Below are positions 41,761 to 49,652 of a stretch of 64,000 nt of DNA, one piece after another. The number at the start of each line of letters is the position of its first letter. Positions within the stretch are counted from its first letter, which is position 1. Both the position numbers and the translations under genes were made by a program. The notes beneath the pieces are model-generated. The model worked only from the letters and a program-made list of their open reading frames with translations. It ran no database searches and had not been told where the DNA came from. Source of the stretch: an uncultured Gemmatimonadales bacterium (GTDB lineage Bacteria > Gemmatimonadota > Gemmatimonadetes > Longimicrobiales > RSA9); assembly GCA_963708135.1 (NCBI GenBank), contig OY970192.1:5381953-5445952 (forward strand), in the 5' to 3' direction.

Positions 41761-42372
41761 TCACGGGCGCCACCGGCCGGCCGTGCGCAGGAAGTTGCCG
41801 ATCACGGCGAGCCCGGCCGCGGCGCTCTTCTCCGGGTGGAACTGTACGCCCCAGACGTTGCCGAGCCGCACGGCCGCAGGGAAGCGGATGCCCTGGTACT
41901 CCGTCGTCGCGATCACCATGGAGGGGTCCGCCGGCTCGGCCACGTAGCTGTTGGCGAAGTAGGCGAGCATCGGCGCGGCGCCGGAGAGCAGCGGGTCGGG
42001 CGACGTCGCATCAACCTGGTTCCACCCCATGTGCGGCACCCGGCGCGCCGCCAGCCGCCGGACGGCGCCCGGCAGGATCCCGAGCCCGGGGCCCATCCCC
42101 TCCTCGCTGGCATCGAACAGCAGCTGCATGCCGAGGCAGATGCCGAGGCAGGGGAAGCCACGCGCCAGCTCCGCGCGGATCTCCGGCCGCGCCGACATGA
42201 GCGCGGCCGAGGCGGGGGCGAACGCGCCCACCCCGGGCAGCACCACCGCGTCCGAGTGGAACGCCCGGATCGGCTCCCGCTCCAGGCGCACCCGCGCGCC
42301 GCCCGCCTCGAGCGCCTTGGCCAGCGAGTGCAGGTTGCCCACCCCGTAGTCCACCATGCCGACGGTCATCAT
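41761..42372 (-). CDS. hisH: Imidazole glycerol phosphate synthase glutamine amidotransferase
   Basis: DYGVGN, LPGVGAF, GICLGMQ, PHMGWN, QFHPEKS. Confidence 0.96.
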   Translation of the reverse strand: MMTVGMVDYGVGNLHSLAKALEAGGARVRLEREPIRAFHSDAVVLPGVGAFAPASAALMSARPEIRAELARGFPCLGICLGMQLLFDASEEGMGPGLGILPGAVRRLAARRVPHMGWNQVDATSPDPLLSGAAPMLAYFANSYVAEPADPSMVIATTEYQGIRFPAAVRLGNVWGVQFHPEKSAAAGLAVIGNFLRTAGRWRP

Positions 42373-42435
42373 GGCTCGCCCCCGCGTCCGCACGCCCCCG
42401 TTCCGGTGCCCGCCCCCATCATCTGCCCGCGCCCA

Positions 42436-45075
42436 TCATCGTACGTCCCCTCCCTCGCGCTCCATGATCCGGTCCACCGCCTCCAGGAACCGCTCCATCA
42501 GCGGCCATGGCCCGATGCTCACCCGCACGCAGTCGCCTGCGCCGGGGAGGCCCGCGAACGACCGCACCGCCACCCCGCCCGCCCTGAGCGCCGCGGCGAA
42601 GCCGGGCGCGGGCGCCCGCAGCAGCAGGAAGTTGGCCGCCGACGGCCAGACCCCGAGCCCGCGCCCCGTGAGCTCGTCCCGCAGCCGCCCGCGGTTCTGC
42701 TTCACCGCGGCGACGACGCCCGCCACCCACGCCGCGTCCTCCGCCAGCACCGCCCTGGCCGCCGCGTCCGCCGCCGCGCTGACCTTGTACGGCCCGCGCG
42801 ACTTCTCGATCTCCGCCACCAGCCGCGCCGGCCCCACCGCGAAGCCGATGCGCAGGCCCGCCAGCCCGTACGCCTTCGACAGCGTGCGCAGCACCACCAC
42901 GTTTTCCGATGCGACGGCGCGCCGGGTCCACGTCCCCGTCCCGAAATCCGCGTACGCCTCGTCGAGCAGCACCACCCCCGCCGCGCCCTCCGCGAGCGCG
43001 TCCAGCGATGCCCCGGGAAGCTCCGTGCCGGTGGGATTGTTCGGCTGGCACAGATACGTCACCCGCGCCTCCGCCGCCAGCACTGCTCCCACCTCCACTG
43101 CCAGATCGGGGCCCGGCGCCACCCCCACGGGCCGCGCCGCGTTCATGCGCGCGAACAGCGGCACCATGCTGAACGTCGGGTCCGGGTACGCCACCGCGTC
43201 GCCCGGCTCCGTGAACGCGCGCAGCGCCGAGTCGATCACATCGTCCGAGCCGCACCCCGTCGCGATGTTCTCCGGCGTCACCCCGAACCGCTCCGCCAGC
43301 GCCGCCTTGAGGGCGTCCGCGAACACCGGCGGGTAGCGCGTGATGGCCTCCGGCCCGAGCTCCGCCAGCGCCCGCCGCGCCGCCGGCGGCGCCCCGAAGA
43401 GCGACGTGTTGTCGCTCAGGTCCACCGCGATCGGGGACCGGTGCGGGTCGTACAGCTCGATCCCGGCGTATTCCGGACGGAGGCGGACGCGGTCCTCGCC
43501 CCGGCCCGCCGCGCCGGAGCGGGAGAGTGGGAGAGTGGGGGAGTGGGTGATGCTCGCGGCGGGCGCCGGGTTCGCGGCCCGCGCCTCACCCACGCCGGTC
43601 GCCTCCGGCGGCGCGGCGCTTCCGGACTCACCCGCGACCGCCGCTACCCTTTCGCCTTCGCGTTCGCGTTCGCTTTCGAGTCCGTTTCCGCTGGCGGTTG
43701 CACCCGCGCTCGCACGCACACCCGCGCCCGCGTCACCGTACCCCCTCAGCCTCGCCGCGGCGGCGTGCGCGGGGAGGCCCTCGGCTTCCGCGAGGGTGGC
43801 GGTCGGCGCGGCGAGGGCGGCGGCGGCCGCGTCGCCTACCTCCTGGTAGGTGGTCCAGCGCAGGAAGTCGGAGGTGGACAGGCCGCCGTACGCGCGCGCC
43901 AGGCCGGCCGTGGGCAGGACATGGTTCGCGCCGGTCAGGTAGTCCCCGAACGCCACGGAGCTGCCCCGGCCGAGGAAGATGGTCCCCGCCGCGCGCACGC
44001 CCGCGAGGGCCGCGCGCGGCTCGGCCACGAGCAGCAGCAGGTGCTCCGGCGCGTAGCGGGCGGCGAAGTCCAGCGCCTCCCCGAGCGTGGCCGCCGTGAG
44101 CAGCGCCCCGCGCGCCGCGAGCGAGCGCTCGATGATCTCCCGCCGCGGCTGCGCCGGCAGCAGCCGGGCCAGGGCCTCGGCGACGCGGCCGGGAAGGGAG
44201 CCGTCGGTGGCCACGAGCACCGCAGCCGCATCCGGGTCGTGCTCCGCCTGCGCGAGGAGCTCGATGGCCACGAGGTCCGGATCCGCCGTGGCATCGGCCA
44301 CCACGAGCACCTCCGACGGCCCCGCCGGGCAGTCGATGGCGACGGCGCCCGTCACCTGCCGCTTGGCCTCCGTCACGTACGCGTTGCCCGGACCCACGAT
44401 CCGGTCCACCGCCGGGACCGTGGCCGTGCCGTACGCCATGGCCGCGACCGCGCCCGCGCCGCCCAGCGCGAACACCCGGTCCGCGCCGCCCAGCGCGCAC
44501 GCCGCGAGCACCGCCGCAGGCGGCAGCCCGTCCGCGCCCGGCGGCGAGCACACCACCACCTCGCCCACCCCGGCGACCCTGGCCGGGACCACGCCCATGA
44601 GCACGCTGGACGGATACGCCGCGCGCCCGCCCGGCGCGTACACGCCCACCCGCCCGAGCGGCTCCGCCCGCCGCCCCAGCCGCACGCCCGGCGCCACCTC
44701 GACCTCCAGCGGCGAGGGCAGCTGCGCGCGATGGAAGGTCTCGATGGCCGAGGCCGCCCGCTCGAGCGCCGCGCGGACGGCGGGGTCGAGACCGTCGAGC
44801 GCCGCGGCGCAGGCCTGCCGCGGCACCTCGATGGCCGTGAGGGTCACGCCGTCGAAGCGCTGCGCCATCTCGACGAGCGCCGCATCGCCCCGCTCCCGCA
44901 CCTCGGCGATGAGGCCGTGTACGGTGCTCTCGACGCCCGGATCCGTCGCCCGCCCGCGATCGAGGAGGCGCGCCAGGTCGCCTGAAGAGAGGGTCGCCAG
45001 ATCCCCGCGAACCATGCGGTCCGCCGCGGAGCTCACCCACTCTCCCGCTCTCCCACTCCCAGGCTCGCCCGTCAT
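42436..45075 (-). CDS. hisD-hisC: Fused histidinol dehydrogenase (HisD) / histidinol-phosphate aminotransferase (HisC)
   Basis: Single ORF. HisD motifs: GPGN, PAGPSE, AQAEH, APEHL, GANHVLP. ~84-aa low-complexity linker. HisC motifs: NNPTG, DEAY, RTLSKAYGLAGLRIG. Confidence 0.9.
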   Translation of the reverse strand: MTGEPGSGRAGEWVSSAADRMVRGDLATLSSGDLARLLDRGRATDPGVESTVHGLIAEVRERGDAALVEMAQRFDGVTLTAIEVPRQACAAALDGLDPAVRAALERAASAIETFHRAQLPSPLEVEVAPGVRLGRRAEPLGRVGVYAPGGRAAYPSSVLMGVVPARVAGVGEVVVCSPPGADGLPPAAVLAACALGGADRVFALGGAGAVAAMAYGTATVPAVDRIVGPGNAYVTEAKRQVTGAVAIDCPAGPSEVLVVADATADPDLVAIELLAQAEHDPDAAAVLVATDGSLPGRVAEALARLLPAQPRREIIERSLAARGALLTAATLGEALDFAARYAPEHLLLLVAEPRAALAGVRAAGTIFLGRGSSVAFGDYLTGANHVLPTAGLARAYGGLSTSDFLRWTTYQEVGDAAAAALAAPTATLAEAEGLPAHAAAARLRGYGDAGAGVRASAGATASGNGLESEREREGERVAAVAGESGSAAPPEATGVGEARAANPAPAASITHSPTLPLSRSGAAGRGEDRVRLRPEYAGIELYDPHRSPIAVDLSDNTSLFGAPPAARRALAELGPEAITRYPPVFADALKAALAERFGVTPENIATGCGSDDVIDSALRAFTEPGDAVAYPDPTFSMVPLFARMNAARPVGVAPGPDLAVEVGAVLAAEARVTYLCQPNNPTGTELPGASLDALAEGAAGVVLLDEAYADFGTGTWTRRAVASENVVVLRTLSKAYGLAGLRIGFAVGPARLVAEIEKSRGPYKVSAAADAAARAVLAEDAAWVAGVVAAVKQNRGRLRDELTGRGLGVWPSAANFLLLRAPAPGFAAALRAGGVAVRSFAGLPGAGDCVRVSIGPWPLMERFLEAVDRIMEREGGDVR
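43524..43575 (-). repeat. Dispersed ~50-bp repeat, copy in the HisD-HisC linker
   Basis: GCGAACCC..CGCCGCGAGCATCACCCACTCCCCCACTCTCCCACTCT, translated in frame as ANPAPAASITHSPTLPL. Confidence 0.8.
45007..45059 (+). repeat. Dispersed ~50-bp repeat, copy in the HisD N-terminus (antisense to the gene)
   Basis: GCGAACC..CCGCCGCGGAGCTCACCCACTCTCCCGCTCTCCCACTCC. Confidence 0.75.
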
Positions 45076-45935
45076 GGCATCAGCCTCTCGATCTTCGTGA
45101 CCAGGATCCCCGTGGCCCCGATCGCCTTGAGCTCCGCGATGACGCGGTACAGCTCGCCCGCGTCGACCACCGCGTGCGCCGCCACGTGCCGGTCCCGGTC
45201 CATGACGTCCACGATCGTCGGCCCGTCGATCCCCGGCAGGATCCGCTTCACCTCCTCGAGCGCCGCGCGCGGCACGTTGGCCATGAGGTAGCGCTTGCCC
45301 TGCGCCCGGATCACCGACTCGAGCGCCGCGGCCAGCTCGCGCACCTTGCGACCCGCGTCCGCGTCCGCGAGCAGCGCCGGGCGCGCCACGAGCAGCGCCG
45401 TGGACTCGAGCACCGTGGCCACCTCGCGCAGCCCGTTCACCCGCAGCGTCGAGCCCGTCGAGACCAGGTCCACGATCACGTCGGCCACGCCCAGCACCGG
45501 CGCGATCTCCGCCGCCCCCGAGATCGGCACGATCGAGACCTCCTGCCCGCGCCGCTCGAAGTAGCGGGCGGTGAGCCGCGGGAACGTGGTCGCCACGCGC
45601 GTGCCCGGAGGCAGCAGGGCGACGTCGCTTACCGCATCCTCCTCGCGCGCCGCCACCGCCAGCCGGCAGCGCCCGAACCCCAGGTCGAGCAGCACCTCGA
45701 GCGGCCGGGCCGACTCCTCGACCAGGTCGCGCCCCGTGATGCCCACGTCCGCCGCGCCGTCCGCCACGAACTCCGGGATGTCCTGCGCGCGGACGAACAG
45801 CGCCTCGAACTCCCCCCCGAGCGACGCCTGGAGCGCCCGCTCGCTCGTCATGTCGAGCGCCAGCCCCGCCCGCTCGAGCAGCTCCCGGGCGCTCTCCGCC
45901 AGCCGCCCCTTGTTCGGCAACGCGATCCTGATCAT
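45072..45935 (-). CDS. hisG: ATP phosphoribosyltransferase (long form)
   Basis: IALPNKGRL, RAQDIP, ATTFP, DLVSTGSTL, C-terminal regulatory domain. Confidence 0.97.
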   Translation of the reverse strand: MIRIALPNKGRLAESARELLERAGLALDMTSERALQASLGGEFEALFVRAQDIPEFVADGAADVGITGRDLVEESARPLEVLLDLGFGRCRLAVAAREEDAVSDVALLPPGTRVATTFPRLTARYFERRGQEVSIVPISGAAEIAPVLGVADVIVDLVSTGSTLRVNGLREVATVLESTALLVARPALLADADAGRKVRELAAALESVIRAQGKRYLMANVPRAALEEVKRILPGIDGPTIVDVMDRDRHVAAHAVVDAGELYRVIAELKAIGATGILVTKIERLMP

Positions 45936-46005
45936 GCGCTCCTACGCCGTTCGATGTGAAGTTGAAGTTGAATTGCCGTTCCCATGCCGCGCCCGCCACA
46001 CGCAC

Positions 46006-46040
46006 AAAAAAACCGCGGCCCGTCATGCGACGGACCGCGG
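46006..46040 (-). terminator. his attenuator intrinsic terminator
   Basis: Minus strand CCGCGGTCCGTC-GCAT-GACGGGCCGCGG followed by T7. Confidence 0.9.
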
Positions 46041-46064
46041 TGGCGTCTGCTCGTGCTCGGCTGT

Positions 46065-46169
46065 CTAGGCCGCGTCCTCCACGGACGTGCACGCGCCTCC
46101 ACCGCAGCCCGTCGGGCCGTGGTGATGATGGGCGTGATGCCCGTGCTGGAGTGCGCCGCTGCTGCTCAT
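46065..46169 (-). CDS. hisL: his operon leader peptide (34 aa, 7 His)
   Basis: MSSSGALQHGHHAHHHHGPTGCGGGACTSVEDAA*, immediately upstream of the terminator and hisG. Confidence 0.9.
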   Translation of the reverse strand: MSSSGALQHGHHAHHHHGPTGCGGGACTSVEDAA

Positions 46170-46176
46170 GGAGAGC

Positions 46177-46206
46177 AAGCTAGCGGGACAGCGCGGCGCC
46201 GGTCAA
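46177..46206 (-). promoter_or_regulatory. Putative his operon promoter (leaderless transcript)
   Basis: TTGACC-N18-TAGCTT ending 7 nt before the leader ATG. Confidence 0.6.
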
Positions 46207-46568
46207 GGGCGGGCGGGTGAAGCTGGGAGGTTGGCCGATCCTGCCATGGACGCGCCTGCCGGGGGCCGCTTCCGTGGTGGAATGAACGCCGAGATCACGG
46301 TGCTCGATGGCGGCCGGCTGGGCGTCAGGAGCTGCTCGGGCACTCGAGCACGCGGACGACGGAAGTTCGCGGTTACGTTTGGTCACGGCAGGAGTTCGCT
46401 TTCGCCCGGCCCCGCGGCGCTCAACCGAAATTCGTCCATGCCCGACCTCACCGAAATTCGTTGATTGGACGTGAGACGCAATGGAGCGCGGCTTCGATCG
46501 CGCGTCGAATCGGTTGGCGTGTGTGTCGAGCCTTGGTAGATTCGGGGGGACCGGATCGGAGGGATTTC

Positions 46569-46793
46569 ATGGCCAAGCGGCGTGAGGAGATCGAAGCAGA
46601 AGGCCTGAACCTGCCGCGGGATCAACGCGCGCAGCTGGCGGAGGCCCTCATCACGAGTCTGGACGAGGATGTCGAGGTCGAACACGCCTGGGCCGAGGAG
46701 GTTGCGCGTAGACTGGCGGACGTTCGCGCCGGGACGGTTCAACTCATCCCCACGGAAGACGTGTACGCGGACCTCGATCGCCTCCGGAGTTGA
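46569..46793 (+). CDS. Putative addiction module antitoxin (TIGR02574-like)
   Basis: L.LP..QRAQLAEALITSLDE..AWAEEVARR...G.VQLIP; GGAGG RBS; overlaps the toxin start. Confidence 0.8.
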   Translation: MAKRREEIEAEGLNLPRDQRAQLAEALITSLDEDVEVEHAWAEEVARRLADVRAGTVQLIPTEDVYADLDRLRS

Positions 46794-46950
46794 TCCCCGT
46801 CCTCTTCCATCCGCATGCGCGAGACGAGCTGCGGGCGGCCCTTCTACGAGGAGCAGGCGCGCGGACTCGGCTCCGAGCTGGCGGCCGAGGTTCGTCGCAC
46901 GCTCAATCGTTTGTCGGCGTTGCCCCACTCTGGAAGTCCATCCGAGGACT
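46790..46950 (+). pseudogene. ParE/RelE-family toxin pseudogene (frameshifted, truncated)
   Basis: MIPVLFHPHARDELRAA, frameshift near 46841, then FYEEQARGLG..EV..LP.SG; no C-terminal half. Confidence 0.75.
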
Positions 46951-47009
46951 ACTTGGGACTCGACGCGGGATCGCATAGTGGCGACATACTACACGCAAGG
47001 ATGTGGGCG

Positions 47010-47924
47010 ATGAAGGCCATCGTCGTGACGGACCAGGCTGCGGGAACAGCCGGGATGAAGCTGGCGGAGCGGCCCGAGCCGGGGGCAGCGATAAACGACG
47101 TCGTCGTTCAGATTTATGCGTCAGGATTCGTCGGGACTGAGTTGACTTGGCCCTCGACCTGGACCGATCGCCTTGAGCGTGATCGAACACCGTCGATTCC
47201 CGGGCACGAGCTCGCCGGAGTGGTCACCGCCCTCGGCTATGGCACAACGGGGCTGTCAGTCGGACAGCGGGTGTTCGGTCTCACGGACTGGTATCGCGAC
47301 GGCACGCTGGCGGAGTACGCGGCCATCGAGGCACGCAACCTTGCGCCGCTGCCGGGCGACGTCGACTTCACGGTGGGCGCGAGCCTGCCGATCTCGGGCC
47401 TCACTGCGTGGCAGGGACTGTTCGAGCACGGCCGCCTTCGGGCAGGGCAGAGCGTCATCGCGCACGGCGCGGCCGGCGCCGTCGGGTCGATGGTGACGCA
47501 ACTTGCACGATTGGCGGGCGCGTACGTCATCGGCACCGGACGCCATGCCGACCGTCAGAAGGCGCTCGACTTCGGCGCGCAGGAGTTTGTCGACCTCGAG
47601 CACGACGCCCTGGAAGACGTCGGTGGAGTCGATCTGGTATTCGATCTCATCGGCGGCGACATCGGGAAGCGGTCCGCGCGGCTGGTTCGAGCCGGAGGAA
47701 CGCTGGTGTCAATCGTCGGGCCGTCCGAGGCGCGGCCCACCGACGGGCTGGCGGTCGACTTCGTTGTCGAATCCGATCGTGCCCAACTGAGTGAAATCGT
47801 CCAGCGGGTGCGGGACGGACGACTGCGGACGAATATCGGCACCGTCTCGACCCTCGACGTTGCCGTCGCCACCTTCAACCCGACAGAGCGACGCGAGGGG
47901 AAGACAATCATCCGCGTTCGTTGA
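47010..47924 (+). CDS. NADP-dependent oxidoreductase (MDR/quinone reductase-like)
   Basis: MKAIVV, IPGHELAGVV, GLTAWQGLF, HGAAGAVG, VDLVFD.IGG. Confidence 0.9.
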   Translation: MKAIVVTDQAAGTAGMKLAERPEPGAAINDVVVQIYASGFVGTELTWPSTWTDRLERDRTPSIPGHELAGVVTALGYGTTGLSVGQRVFGLTDWYRDGTLAEYAAIEARNLAPLPGDVDFTVGASLPISGLTAWQGLFEHGRLRAGQSVIAHGAAGAVGSMVTQLARLAGAYVIGTGRHADRQKALDFGAQEFVDLEHDALEDVGGVDLVFDLIGGDIGKRSARLVRAGGTLVSIVGPSEARPTDGLAVDFVVESDRAQLSEIVQRVRDGRLRTNIGTVSTLDVAVATFNPTERREGKTIIRVR

Positions 47925-48125
47925 ACCGTGTCTGTTGAGAACGGAGGGTGCCTTTCGGTGGCGAAGCGGTCTTCGCCTTGAGGGTGCGATGCATGCGCTC
48001 GTGGCGGCCGTTCTGCTGGGGTTTCCCCGGCTCGATGAGCTCGGGGAGGATGCCGTTGTCGGTGCGGATCCGTTGAGGGAGCCTGCGGCCGCTCCGGCCT
48101 TCCACAGTGCGCGCAGCGTAAGCGC
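47921..48125 (-). mobile_element. IS481-family transposase remnant (integrase core fragment)
   Basis: LPQRIRTDNG joined directly to ILPELIEPGKPQQNGRHERMHRTLK..QQ.RF; the intervening segment is deleted. Confidence 0.75.
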
Positions 48126-48218
48126 GCGCCGTAGCTCGCACCCCGTGCCAATACCCTCGCGCTGCTGATCGCCCCTGCGAGGAGGGGAGGCGATTGAGCA
48201 GCTGACCTCGTGAAAACG

Positions 48219-48824
48219 ATGAGACCGTCCTGGCAGCTACTCTTGATGGCGGCAGCCCTGCCACTCGCCGCATGCTCCGACCAAGCACGGCACGGTCCAG
48301 ATGCGGCGCGCGATTCCGCCAGCAATCCGGTCGTGTCACAGGCGCCTGAGGCGGGCACGGACAGCGCTCAACTGCCGACCTTTGCGCGGGGTTGGGCCGT
48401 CGACTTCGACGGCGTTGGTCCGCTGCGAATCGGGATGACAGAGCAGCAAGCGCGCGCCGCCCTGAGCGCCGGCCTCGACTGGCCCGCTGGACCGGCTGAG
48501 GGCTGCGACTATGCGTTCGTACAGGGTATCGGTGGAGGGCTCGGCCTGATGGTTTCGGATGGCCGAATCGCGCGTGTTGATGTCAACGCACCCTCGATCC
48601 CGACCGCGGCCGGTGCCCGAGTGGGCGATTTGCGGGCGCGAATCCAACGGCTGTACGGTCCCGGCGTCCAGGTCGAGCCGCACAAGTACGAGGACGGCCA
48701 TTACTTGATCGTCTCGGCGCCGGACACCGCTCGCCGGCTGATTTTCGAGACGCGCGGCGATACCGTAACGATGTTTCGAGCTGGTAGACGGCCAGAGGTC
48801 GATTGGGTCGAGGGGTGCTCGTAG
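48219..48824 (+). CDS. Hypothetical lipoprotein
   Basis: Lipobox LAAC; GVGPLRIGMT, GARVG, EPHKY, VEGCS. Confidence 0.75.
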   Translation: MRPSWQLLLMAAALPLAACSDQARHGPDAARDSASNPVVSQAPEAGTDSAQLPTFARGWAVDFDGVGPLRIGMTEQQARAALSAGLDWPAGPAEGCDYAFVQGIGGGLGLMVSDGRIARVDVNAPSIPTAAGARVGDLRARIQRLYGPGVQVEPHKYEDGHYLIVSAPDTARRLIFETRGDTVTMFRAGRRPEVDWVEGCS

Positions 48825-48919
48825 CTGGAGATGGGGCGGCGGCGACGGACCCACCAGCGCCTTGCACGGGCTCGATCTGCCACCCCGGGCGTTATTATGC
48901 AGCGATCCGCTTCCGGAGT

Positions 48920-49119
48920 TCCGGCGGTTTCACGGAGGAGGAGCGGGCCGCGATGGGGGAGCGCGCCCGGGAGCTGAAGGCGGCCGCGCGCGGTCCGGAC
49001 GGGAACAAAGCTGATGGGGAAAGCGACGTGTAGAACGTGGTACGGGATGCCCGCGTAAGCCAGGGACGGCAAGGTGGTCTGCTTCTTCCAGAGCGCGCAG
49101 AAGTTCAAGTCGCGGTACT
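48920..49119 (+). pseudogene. DUF1801/YdhG-like pseudogene
   Basis: GFTEEERAAM.ERARELK..DGESDV* / WYGMPA* / DGKVVCFFQSAQKFKSRY; two stops, a frame change and an internal deletion. Confidence 0.75.
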
Positions 49120-49241
49120 GCGTGTGGCGAAGCACGAGGGGGACTCGCGGGGGTGCTGCGCTACGAGCTGTCGCGGGCGGAGTGGGAACTGCAGCCGCCG
49201 CGGCGACGGCCCGCCTGAGCCCTCTGGAAGCGGAGACTTCG

Positions 49242-49613
49242 ATGTGGAGACGAGTGATCGTTCTGGGCGCCGCATTCCTGCTGGGCTGCGGCAGTCCGAC
49301 GGAGCCGGTCGCCGGGCGCGTGGAGGTGCGGCTGGCGGACGCGGGCATGGTCGCGACGAACCATCGCCCGGCGGACATCTACTTCTTCCTGATCGAGCGC
49401 GAGACGGCGGCCGTCGTGGACTGGATGCCCTGCACCGAGCCCGCCGCGTGTCCGAGGATCGCGGCGAACGCGACCCTGACGGTGCCCTACGACAGCATCT
49501 TCGGGTGGAAGGGCGACTCGCACGAGGTGCTCTTCTACTGGTGGCACCTGGTTCCGGCGGCCGGCGGCGCGTACCGGCCTGACTCGATCCGGTCGGTCGT
49601 GGCGGCGAGATGA
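49242..49613 (+). CDS. Hypothetical lipoprotein
   Basis: GGAG RBS; lipobox LLGC followed by GSPTEP. Confidence 0.7.
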   Translation: MWRRVIVLGAAFLLGCGSPTEPVAGRVEVRLADAGMVATNHRPADIYFFLIERETAAVVDWMPCTEPAACPRIAANATLTVPYDSIFGWKGDSHEVLFYWWHLVPAAGGAYRPDSIRSVVAAR

Positions 49614-49652
49614 GGGCGCCACGCCACCCGGGCCCGGCCGCGGGGCGCTGAC

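Noticed and set aside
32422..45059. CRISPR array or composite transposon made from the dispersed repeat
   Set aside because: Copies are kilobases apart, with no regular spacers, cas genes, transposase or target duplications
45076..46092. Apparent further N-terminal extension of the HisD-HisC ORF (1218 aa)
   Set aside because: It overlaps hisG out of frame and is Arg/Gly-rich noise; not a HisG-D-C fusion
46282..46325. MNAEITVLDGG resembling a homocysteine S-methyltransferase N-terminus
   Set aside because: Only ~11 residues of resemblance; cannot be supported
49031..49058. TAG/TAA recoding or read-through in the DUF1801-like sequence
   Set aside because: Accompanied by a deletion and a frame change, so simple pseudogenisation explains it
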